64,000 bases of DNA from Octopus sinensis (taxonomy: Eukaryota): assembly GCF_006345805.1 (NCBI RefSeq), contig NC_042999.1, forward strand, positions 36,394,001-36,458,000, given 5' to 3'. Shown piece by piece: positions 25,776-37,000 of this stretch. The position numbers were made by a program, and so were the translations under genes. Under the pieces are notes generated by a model, which saw nothing but the letters and a program-made list of their open reading frames with translations, had not been told where the DNA came from and searched no databases. Position 1 is the stretch's first letter, and every line of letters begins with the position of its first letter.

Positions 25776-26765
25776 GGAAGCTGACAAATACAAAAAAAGT
25801 CATAGTAACAAACAACTATGAAGGAAAAGAAGAAACAACAAAAGCTGTAAAACAACTGAAATCCAAACTAAAACTGGAATAGCAATGGATCATGATAAAA
25901 TGATGGCAAGAAAAGCCCTTTTATGGCAAATATTGGGTTAAACTAAACAGAAAAGAAATAGGCAAAGCAAAATCCCAACAATGGCTGATAAGCTCAGGAC
26001 TCAAAGCAGCAACTGAAGGATTTTAATTGCAGCACAATATCAAAGCCTCCTCACCAGAAATCACCAAAAACACATAATGAAAAGAAATACAAGTAACTGC
26101 AGAATATGTGGTGATGGAGAAGAAACAACAGTCTCTGACTGCCCACTCCTGGCAAAGAAAAAATATATTCACAGACCTGACTGAGTTGAGATCTATATAC
26201 ACTGGAAGCTATGCCAACTCTATGGAATAACAACAGAAAAAAGATGGTATAGGCATACCCCAGAAAAGGTTACAGAAAATAAGAAAGCAACTATACTCTG
26301 GGATATGCCAATACATACAGGTAGAGAAATTAAGGCCAACAGGCCAGATATAATTGTCAGAAATCACCAAGGAAAAAAATGCTTTCTATTCGATGTATCA
26401 ATACCAACAGATGAAAACGTTCCTCTAAAAGAAATGGAGAAACTTTCAAAATACAAAAATCTGGAAATAGAGATAACTTGAATGTGGAGCCTAAAAACAG
26501 AAACAATTCCTATCATAGTAGGTGCATTAGGTATGATAGAAAAACGTTCAGACAAATATATAGCAAAAACACCAGGACTTACACGTATATACAATATACA
26601 GACAATAGCACTACTAGGCACTACACATATTCTATGTAAAACATTTTCAATACAGTGAAAATAAGAGCACCACAACAAACCACAGTACATACCCAAGGCA
26701 CACAGAATTGTGCTCAGTAGTGCAGTGAAAGCATGTGATAAAAATATGACTACTGGATGATGATG

Positions 26766-26809
<44 letters not shown>

Positions 26810-26810
26810 C
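25776..26810 (+). mobile_element. R4/Dong-like restriction-like-endonuclease (RLE) non-LTR element, 5'-truncated, in (TAA)n
   Basis: SGLKAATEGFLIAAQ, CRICG (CCHC finger), ANRPDIIV..FDVSIP, IPIIVGALG; (TAA)n on both sides. Confidence 0.85.
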
Positions 26811-28191
26811 AGCATCATCATCATCGTCATCATTATTAATAGCAGCAATGTGAAATTATATGTATTTAGAATCACATCTAGGGCTGCAGTCTATATGCAT
26901 GTGTGAACATGTGTGTGTGTTTGTGTGTGTGTGTAAGCATAGTGGTAGCAATGGTAGAGGTGGTGGTGTTGGTGGTAGTGGAGGGGTTATATCTAGCTTA
27001 AAATTCTTGCCCTTTAAATGTGATGATATTTCATTTTTACCCCCACCCTGTGAGAAGTGTGCCACATATTTCCTGGTAACTAAATGACTATGCTAGCATA
27101 AGGCTACAAAAAAAAAAAACCCAAAAGCATTAACAACAATATTAAAATGAATTTAAATTTTTTATTCTTTTTTGAAAATTATTGTGCTCAAATGTAATAT
27201 GAATTATTGGTACAGGCATGGCTGTGTGGTAGGAGGTTTACTTCTCAACCACATGGTTTCAGGTTCAGTCCCACAGCTTGGCACCTTGGGCAAGTGTCTA
27301 CTATAACCCCAGGCCAACCAGAGCTTTGAAAGTGTATTTGGTAGATAGAAAGTTCTGAGTTCAAATTCCGTCGAGGTTAACTTACCCTTTCATCCTTTCA
27401 GGGTTGATTAAATAAGTACCAGTTACGTACTGGGGTCGATGTAATCAACTTAGTCCCTTTATCTGTCCTTGTTTGTCGCCTCTATGTTTAGCCTCTTGTG
27501 GGCAGTAAAGAAATAAGATAGAAAGTGAAATAAGTTTGCCGTGTATTGCCTCACGGAGGCAATGTGGCCGATGCTAATGTTATGTACCTAGTACCCATGC
27601 TGGTGGCACACAAAAAGCACCATTTGAGTGTTGGGCTTCTTGGAGGTGATGTGGCCAATGCTGGTGTCACATAACTAGCGTCAGTGCCGGTGGCACATAA
27701 AAAGCACCTTTCAAATGTTGGGCCTCACACAGGTAATGACAAATGACCAACACATTTAGCAATATGCTGTACTTGAGTAGAAGACCCATCAAGCCAAGTG
27801 AAATTATAGCCACGGCAGATACTGGTGTCATGCAACTAGCACCCATGCTGGTGGCACTTAAAAGCATACATTACACTCTCACAGTAGTTGGCATTAGGAA
27901 GGGCATCCAACCATAGAAACCATGCTAAATCAGACTGGAATCTGGTGCAGCCCCTCAGCTCACCAGCCCTGGTCAAACCGTCCAACCCATACCAGCATGG
28001 ACAATGAACGTCAACTGATGATGATGATGATGATATATATATATATATATTTATATATATGTGTTACCGCTACTGTATATAACTCACTTTGATATTTATC
28101 ATTGTTTGATTTCACTTTTTCAATATCAGCGACAGTGGGCGCTGGAAAAAGTATAAGTATTTGTGAAGGAAATCTAATTCTCGGCGACAAC

Positions 28192-28252
28192 TATGATTGT
28201 CACACGCTGACGAGAGGTCAATACCTCGAAACTCGAGTCCGTGTGTATCATA
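28192..28252 (+). ncRNA. Canonical extended type I hammerhead ribozyme, copy 1 (predicted cleavage after C28239)
   Basis: TATGAT-tgt-CACACG-CTGACGA-GAGG-tcaata-CCTC-GAAA-CTCGA-GTC-CGTGTG-t-ATCATA: intact core, 6+6-bp stem I, palindromic stem III ACTCGAGT. Confidence 0.92.
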
Positions 28253-28542
28253 AGTTGAAGACGGGAAGGATGACTTCCCTTTGCAAATACTGACAGGAAC
28301 AGATAGTGTGTCTATGGCCAGCTGGAGGAGTGTGTCCTCCTGGGGCTAAAAACTACAGTAGCATCCACCCTTAGGGGTTAGCCATATTGAAATGGCAAAA
28401 ATACGTCACGATGTGTTACCGCTACTGTATATAACTCACTTTGATATTTATCATTGTTGATTTCACTTTTTCAATATCAGCGACAGTGGGCGCTGGAAAA
28501 AGTATAAGTATTTGTGAAGGAAATCTAATTCTCGGCGACAAC

Positions 28543-28603
28543 TATGATTGTCACACGCTGACGAGAGGTCAATACCTCGAAACTCGAGTCCGTGTGTATC
28601 ATA
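28543..28603 (+). ncRNA. Canonical extended type I hammerhead ribozyme, copy 2 (predicted cleavage after C28590)
   Basis: Identical to copy 1, 351 nt downstream. Confidence 0.92.
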
Positions 28604-29002
28604 AGTTGAAGACGGGAAGGATGACTTCCCTTTGCAAATACTGACAGGACACAGATAGTGTGTCTATGGCCAGCTGGAGGAGTGTGTCCTCCTGGGGCTA
28701 AAAACTACAGTAGCATCAACCCTTAGGGGTTAGCCATATTGAAATGGCAAAAATACGTCACGATATATTTATATATATATATATATATATATATCCCTCT
28801 CTCTCTCTCTTTCGGAGAGGCACTGAGCAGCTATACGCACACATACACACACGGCAGTAACTTCCAGCTACCGAATTCAATCACAAAGCTCCGGCCGGCT
28901 CGGGGCTATAGTGGAAGACACCTACCCAAAGTGCCACGCAGTGGGACTGAACCCGAAACCATGTAGCTAGGAAGCAAACTCCCTAACCACACAGCCATGC
29001 CC

Positions 29003-29062
<60 letters not shown>

Positions 29063-29143
29063 AAGGGTGGAAAGGAACACACGAGTTGATATATATGAAA
29101 AAACAAGTCAAAAATAGAAAATGCTAAGATAATTTTATAGTGA

Positions 29144-29196
29144 ATCTTTCAGTACCGGTTTCGGTCATTTTGAGACCTTTTCAACTGTAACGATTA
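29144..29196 (-). ncRNA. Minimal hammerhead-like motif, U3-A8 core (inverted copy)
   Basis: Reverse complement of 30599-30651. Confidence 0.7.
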
Positions 29197-30598
29197 AATA
29201 ATTAAATTTAGAAAAATTAGAAGAAAAGTTTTTTTAAAAGAATATTTCTGTAGTAGTGTTCAGATATAAGTAGCATTCTGCCTTTCTCTGACTCCCTTGT
29301 TTGCACTTGTGTGTTCGAGGTCGTTTTGAGTTCTTGGTAGGATAGGTGAAGAATAAGGAGGCTGATGTGGAGAGGGGCTGGGGAAATCTGGGAATGCCTT
29401 AATGGTCGTATTTTGAATGGTCAGTGGCTGACAGTAGTCGCAGTTCAATTCAGGAATTGTTTATGGAATTTGCGTAGGCGTTATACTGAAAGATATTAGT
29501 GACAAGGTTAAGGGGTGGAAGGTGGAGAAGTAGAAGAAGAAGATGACGATGTTGATGATGATGATGATGAAGAAGAAGAAGAAGAAGAAGGAGAAGGAGA
29601 AGATGGTGGTGATGATGGTGGTGATGATGATGACGACGACGATGATGATAATGATGATGATGAAGAAGAAGAGGAAGAAGAAGAAGAAAAAAACAGAGAA
29701 GGGAGAATATGAATGGGTGTAAATGAATGGCCCTGCACAGATCCCAGATAAAAATTCCCCAAAACAGAAAAATAGCTTTTAGCCAACACATAGATACTTG
29801 CGCCAACAAAAAAAACACCAAACTTCAGAATTTTCCCCCTCTACCAATTTAGGGACGATACAAACTCGAGACAATGAATAAGTAAAGAAAATCTCTTTAT
29901 TACAAAATACAAGCCACTTCTTAACGGGTCTACGACAAACAATTAATATACCTCAACTTTAGAATAAAAGAAATATATACACACACAAATATTACACTCC
30001 ATAGAATCCATTACTAATCAGCCCCATCACAGCTATACTTACACCCATTCATATTCTCCCTTCTCTGTTTTTTTCTTCTTCTTCCTCTTCTTCATCATCA
30101 TCATCATTATCATCATCATCGTCGTCATCATCATCACCACCATCATCAACACCATCTTCTCCTTCTCCTTCTTCTTCTTCTTCTTCTTCTTCTTCTTCTT
30201 CTTCTTCTTCTTCTTCTTCATCATCATCATCATCATCAACATCGTCATCTTCTTCTTCTTCTACTTCTCCACCTTCCACCCCTTAACCTTGTCACTAATA
30301 TCTTTCAGTATAACGCCTACGCAAATTCCATAAACAATTCCTGAATTGAACTGCGACTACTGTCAGCCACTGACCATTCAAAATACGACCATTAAGGCAT
30401 TCCCAGATTTCCCCAGCCCCTCTCCACATCAGCCTCCTTATTCTTCACCTATCCTACCAAGAACTCAAAACGACCTCGAACACACAAGTGCAAACAAGGG
30501 AGTCAGAGAAAGGCAGAATGCTACTTATATCTGAACACTACTACAGAAATATTCTTTTAAAAAAACTTTTCTTCTAATTTTTCTAAATTTAATTATTT

Positions 30599-30651
30599 AA
30601 TCGTTACAGTTGAAAAGGTCTCAAAATGACCGAAACCGGTACTGAAAGATT
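30599..30651 (+). ncRNA. Minimal hammerhead-like motif, U3-A8 core
   Basis: AATC-g-TT-a-CAG-TTGAAAA-GGTC-tcaaaat-GACC-GAAA-CCG-GTA-CTG-a-AA-GATT; palindromic stem III ACCGGT, triplet GUA. Confidence 0.7.
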
Positions 30652-30693
30652 CACTATAAAATTATCTTAGCATTTTCTATTTTTGACTTGTTT

Positions 30694-30754
<61 letters not shown>

Positions 30755-31131
30755 TATGTTGATGCAAACAGGAAAAATGAAACTCAAAATATGAGTATAT
30801 ATATATTTTTATAAATATCTAGAAGGAGTAATACAGTGGCTCAAGGTCCAAAAATTCGTGCATTGACACTAGTTTGATAAGTGAACCTCTCAATGCATGA
30901 ACCTCTCAGACCTTGAGCCACTCTGTTACTTCTACTAAATATTAATATATATATATATACATATATATATATTTATATATATATAGGTGCAGGCATGATT
31001 GTGTAATAAGAAGCTTGCTTCCCAACTACATGATTCCAGGTTCCGTCCCATTGCATGGCATCTAGGGTAAGTATCCAGGCCAACCAAAGTCTTGTGAATG
31101 GATTTGGTAGATGGAAACTGAAAGAAGCCTG

Positions 31132-31168
<37 letters not shown>

Positions 31169-31291
31169 TAATGCAATACTAGAGTATTGCTTTCCAGTAA
31201 AGAATAGCCCGTGAGGGAAAAATATACAAAGAAGTAAATATATGGCACAACGAAGTAAATATCGGTACTTCGTTGTGCCATATATTTACTT

Positions 31292-31337
<46 letters not shown>

Positions 31338-31717
31338 CACACACACACATATATATATATGATAAATTAATAAATAAAATAAAACATATGCATATATACA
31401 TACATATATGTACGTACCTACCTCTACATGTATATATACATGCATATATGGGTACAGGACACCCAAAAAACGTCGAACACAATGAGAAACGAAAACATAA
31501 ACACAAAACCAAGGAACTGGACATTTTTCTTAAACAACGAAATATATATATATTATATATATATATCTATATATATATATATATTTATAATATATACATA
31601 TACATACATTGTATATATATATGTTGCATGTACATATATATATATATATATAATATGTACATGCATACATATATATACATATGTATGTATATGTATATAT
31701 ATATATAAAATATATAC

Positions 31718-31749
<32 letters not shown>

Positions 31750-32669
31750 ATTTGTGTCTGTGTCTGAGTTTGTTCTCTCCACCACCACTTGACAACCAGT
31801 TTTGGCGTATGTGTGTGTATATGTTTGTATATCTGTGTTTGTCCCCCCAGCATCGCTTGACAGCCAATGCTAGTGTGTTTACATCCCTGTAACTTAGCAG
31901 TTTGGCAAAAGAGACCAATAGAATAAATACTAGGCTTACAAAGAACAAGTCCTGGGGTCGATTTGCTTGACTAAAGGCGGTGCTCCAGCATAGCAATAAT
32001 CAAATGACTGAAACAAATAAAAGAATAAAAGAAAAAGAATATAATATACATAATATATATATATATCACCGTCACCGACCAGGCTATCAGATGTTGCTAC
32101 ACATCGCTGGTCACAATGTGCTTAGCATTGTTTTAGCCTTCAAATGACGCCACCCCGCTGGCTAAGTGAGCAGGCCAACAGAAGAAAGAGTTAGAGAAAG
32201 TTGTGGCGGAAGAGTAAAGCAGGGATCGCCACCACCCCATGCCAGAGCCTTGTGGAGTTTTTAGGTGTTTTCGCTCAATAAACACTCACAACGCTCGGTT
32301 TGGGAATCGAAACCGCGATCCTATGACTGTGAGTCCACTGCTCTAACCACTGGGCCATTGCACCTCCACATATATATATATATCATCATCATCATCATTT
32401 AGCGTCCGCTTTCCATGCTAGCATGGGTTGGACGGTTCAACTGGGGTCCGTGAAGCCGGAAGGCCGCATCAGGCCCAGTCTGATCTGGCAGTGTTTCTAC
32501 GGCTGGATGCCCTTCCTAACGCCAACCACTCCGTGAGTGTAGTGGTGGGTGCTTTTTACGTAGCACCCGCACAGGTGCCAGACGGAGCTGGCAAACGGCC
32601 ACGAACGGACGGTGCTTTTATGTGCCACCGGCACGGGGGCCAGGTGAGGCTGGCAATGGACACGATATA

Positions 32670-32746
<77 letters not shown>

Positions 32747-32756
32747 GTGTGTGTGT

Positions 32757-32798
<42 letters not shown>

Positions 32799-35209
32799 TC
32801 ATCATCATCGTTTAGCGTCCGCTTCCATGCTTGCATGGGTTGGACGGTGCAACTGGGGTCTGGGAAGCCAGAAGGCTGCACCAGGCCCAGTCTGATCTGG
32901 CAATGTTTCTACGGCTTGATGCCCTTCCTAACACCAACCACTCCATGAGTGTAGTGGGTGCTTTTTACGTGCCACTGGCACAGGTGCCAGACGAGGCTGG
33001 CAAACGGCCACGATCAGATGGTGCTTTTTACGTGCCACCGGCACAGTTGCCAGGCGAGGCTGGCAACGGCCACGATCGGATGGTGCTTTTTACATGCCAC
33101 CGGCACGGAAGCCAGTCAGGGCGGCACTGGCAACGGCTACATTCGGATGGTTCTCTTATGTGCCACCAGCACTGGTATCACAGCTACAATTTCCATTCAT
33201 GTTGATCGATTTTGATTTTTGATTTTTTGATTTTCACTTGCCTCAACAGGTCTTCACAAGTAGGGTTTTGTGTCCCAAGAAGGAAAGGTATGCATAAGTG
33301 AACTGAGGCCATGGGTGATGGTCTCACTTGTCCTGCTGGGTCTTCTCACGCACAGCATACTTCACGCACATATATATATATATATATATATATAATACAA
33401 AATGAGAAAATGGAGAAATATATCTAAATCATTCATCAACTATCAGATAATACCGAATCATATACTTATATATATATATAAAGGGATTCTTTCAGTTTCC
33501 ATCTATCAAATCCACTCAAATTAATTTCCCAACATTTGTTTAGTAAATTCTTTTTTTACAGCTGAGACGCATTTCACCACATCATGCCAGGAATCTCTGC
33601 TCCACACTGTTTTAGTGGGTTTTCAGTTTCTTGTGTGTCTGCTAATATATTTCTTTATTGCCCACAGAGGTCTAAATATAGAAGGGACAAACAAGGATAG
33701 ACAAAAGGATTAAGTTGATTACATCGACCCTAGTGCATAACTGGTACTTATTTAATCAACCCTGAAAGGATGAAAGGCAAAATCGACATTAGCAGAATTT
33801 GAACTCAGAACTTAACTGCAGGCAAAATACCGCTAAACATTTTGCCCATCATGCTAACGATTCTGCCAGCTCGCTGCCCTTGTGTCTCTGTCAGTATCAT
33901 CAGTGTACTTGAGTTGTTTTCACTTCTGATCTGGCAGTGTTTCTACAGCTGGATGCCCTTCCTAACGCCAACCACTCCGTGAGTGTAGTGGGTGCTTTTT
34001 ATGTGCCACCTGCACAGGTGCCAGACGGAGCTGGCAAACTTCATTTAGTCATTTACTCCAGGGTATTATTGGTATTTATTATAGTTATGGACTGGTCAAG
34101 GTTTGTGTCTGACATCATAGATTAAAAGTTAAGCTTTTGAGCAACTGGTTCTTTGATCTGTCTTAAATTTTGATTGTAGGTGTTTCTCCTTACATCACTA
34201 ATACTCTATGAGATCCACAACTAAAGCTCTCATCATTATCAATGTGATCTGCCTCTTCAACATCACTATCATTGACATTATCTTAATGTCTGTTTTTTCA
34301 TACAGATATGCACGTAAAAAGCACCATCCGTTCGTGGCTGTTGCCAGCCTCGCCTGGCCCCTGTGCCGGTGGCACATAAAAAGCACCACCCGATCGTGGT
34401 CGTTGCCAGCCTCGCCTGGCCCCCGTGCCGGTGGCACATAAAAAGCACCACCCGATTGTGGTCGTTGCCAGCCTCGCCTGGCCCCCATGCCGGTGGCACG
34501 TAAAAAGCACCATCCGTCCGTGGCCGTTTGCCAGCTCCGTCTGGCACCTGTGCGGGTGGCACGTAAAAAGCACCCACTACACTCACGGAGTGGTTGGCGT
34601 TAGGAAGGGCATCCAGCCATAGAAACACTGCCAGATCAGACTGGGCCGATGCAGCCTTCTGGCTTCACAGACCCCAGTTGAACCGTCCAACCCATGCTAG
34701 CATGGAAAGCAGACGCTAAATGATGATGATGATGATATTGGTTTATATAGTCTACCACATCACACTTTCCCATTCATTGTAATTCTTTATCATTTCATCA
34801 ATGTGGGTTAGCATCTTGAGATTTGACCACTGTCCTTGTTTCCATATCTTCCTCAGACTTTCTCTTCTATGAGTGCCTTTTGCTATCACCATGTGGTACT
34901 TTTTCAACCAGCATTCATCATTTATTCACATTACATATCCATAGATCTGCACATATTAGTTGATGCTTTAAATCCAGAGTCACTGCTTCAGTTCAGCTAT
35001 GGTGTGGTACATCAGTGGATCATAGGTCATTTAATTCCGACCGCTACAAATCCTCTAAATGTACCACATATATATAAAGCATGCTTTAAATGCTCAACCA
35101 TGGACTCAGCTGAGTATCATACTCAGTTCATGTCATTCCAGCCTCCAGCCTCTGCATGTCCTCTAAATGCAATACTCATATTTCACTATCATATAATAAC
35201 ATGCTATCA

Positions 35210-35750
35210 TATGTCACGCTGGTGAGACCCATATTGGAGTACGGGATTCAAGCCTGTTCTCCTTATCTCCTCAAAGACATACATCATCTCGAAATAGTCC
35301 AGAAGCTGGCTACCCGCATGGTTCTTGGTCTCAAGCATTTGTCTTATGAAGAAAAGCTGAAGACGCTCGACCTTTATTCTCTAGAAAAACGCCGACACCG
35401 TGGTGATCTCATTCTTGCTCACAACATCATAAGCGGAAAGTGTAACCTCTCGAAAGAGCTGTTCTTCACTCCTGCTCCAGAGCATCAGCTGCGGGGTCAC
35501 TCCGAAAAGCTCTATCTGCGACGATTTCATCTCAATCGAAGGAGAAGGGCTTTCTCGGTCTGGGTTGCGGATCCGTGGAATAAGCTGCCGGACGAGATAG
35601 TGAAGATGCCAATGACCTCTCGGTTCAAAGTCTCCCTTGACCAGAAATGGCCTGAACTCTTTGCATGAACACCACTTTGTACATAACTCTATGTCCCCCT
35701 ACGTGGCCTTGCTTTTTGCTTTTTGAGCCAAAAAATTAACTTAACTTAAC
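35210..35750 (+). mobile_element. CR1-clade LINE 3' fragment
   Basis: LVRPILEYG..LEIVQKLATRMV..YSLEKRRHRGDLI..LRGHSEKL..PWNKLP; TTAAC-repeat tail. Confidence 0.9.
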
Positions 35751-36599
35751 AAACTTTTAACACTGGCTTCAAGCAATTTATATTTCACATGAAGAGAGAA
35801 AGAAACCCTTTGTTGCCAAAATAGGTAACAGCTAGTTTAACCTCTCCCCCCTCCCCTTTCTAACTCTAGTTACTATACTTTCACTATATTTAATTCTGGC
35901 ACGCTTCAGGCCATCATTTCAGTAAACTGTCTGAAAGGTTCATAGATGTTGTTGTTTCCATTAACTACTACTGTACATCTATAAGTTCTAAATTCTTACT
36001 TTTCTGCCAGTCTGCCACAAATCTCACTTCATGTTTTGTATAACCAATACTCGTACCGAGTTCCTAAAATTCTTCCTACATATAATGATCACCTTAGATA
36101 TCATAGGGATCTTGTTCTCCCTATTTCTAATTAGAACTTTGTCCTTTATCACAATGACTTTCAGGCATCTAAACTCCTGACAATTTTTCCAGGTTTAAAT
36201 CTTTTATGGCAGCTAGTTAACAGTGTCTTCAATAAGGCAAGATCTTTGACATATAAATGTTCCCAATGACTGTCAATCTTTAACTGCAATGTTATTGTCT
36301 CAAGAACTGTAATATGGACAACAGACTCTTTGTGAATACCTTCTCTTTTTAATCACTAGTAAATATATAACAACTGATTCCTGGTGAACACTTTCTCTTG
36401 TTAATTAGGAGTAGTTGGATGACAACATACTCCGAGTGAACACTTGCTTCTTTTAATCAATAGTGATGAATGATAACAGATTTCTGGTGAATATCTACAG
36501 CTCTTGTTATCCTGGTAAACATCTAAACCCTCCTATTAAGAACTCATAAATGAACAGTAACAAACTGCTGGTGAACATTTGGCTCTCTTGACAATCAGG

Positions 36600-37000
36600 T
36601 GGCCAAAAACAGCCTCCATGTAAACACTTGCCATTCTCTTGCTAATTCCAACTTTGTTCAGAGTACTCAGTTATCCATCTATAATTAAGTTTCTCAGTAT
36701 ATCAGACTACAGAATAAAGGACTTTGCCAAAGGCCATACCCAGTCCAACAATTACAAAATAAAGTTTATTTCTATATATAAAAACTATTGCAGAAATATA
36801 GAATATGTGGTTTCACTTTTGGGTACGAAAATTCCTAATTGTACTTTAGCTATATTAAACCTATCCTGCATTAATTTTACATAGACTCTGTCATCTTGTA
36901 TCAAGGCTTGGTCAATCACTCTTGAATTCCAGAAATTCTCCTGGTTCAATGCATATCTTTTTGCTATAGTATCATAGTTTTGTTTATGACACAACTTTAC
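36600..37000 (-). mobile_element. Old degraded RTE reverse-transcriptase fragment
   Basis: QLG..FVPKSETTYSIFLQ and YFVIVGLGMAFGKV resemble QFGF..STTDAIF and AFVDLEKAFDRV. Confidence 0.45.

Larger units (their letters stand above)
28061..28762 (+). mobile_element. Dimeric hammerhead-containing tandem repeat (candidate non-LTR retrozyme), 2 x ~351 nt
   Basis: Two units (28061-28412, 28413-28762) with 3 visible differences; one HHR per unit; ATATATTTATATATAT duplicated at 28045-28060 and 28763-28778. Confidence 0.85.
29096..30698 (+). mobile_element. 5'-truncated Penelope-like element with inverted terminal repeat (arms 29096-29722 and 30039-30698)
   Basis: Arms are reverse complements differing mainly in (GAA)n/(GAT)n length; spacer encodes a GIY-YIG C-terminus MALHRSQI..SQHIDTC..SKENLFITKYKPLLN with one frameshift and CGA>TGA-type stops; (TA)n flanks. 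Confidence 0.85.

Noticed and set aside
28253-28290. Second hammerhead-like start in the retrozyme unit (TTGAAGA-C-GGGAAG..CTTCCC)
   Set aside because: No GAAA or stem III follows; treated as an ordinary hairpin.
29450-30279. Poly-Glu/Asp/Ser/His ORFs
   Set aside because: Translations of (GAA)n/(GAT)n inside the PLE arms.
34310-34580. Repeat-spacer-like array (GTGCCGGTGGCAC..AAAAAGCACC) resembling CRISPR
   Set aside because: Linkers are mutually homologous, the array is inside an RTE 3' UTR in a eukaryotic genome, and there are no cas genes.
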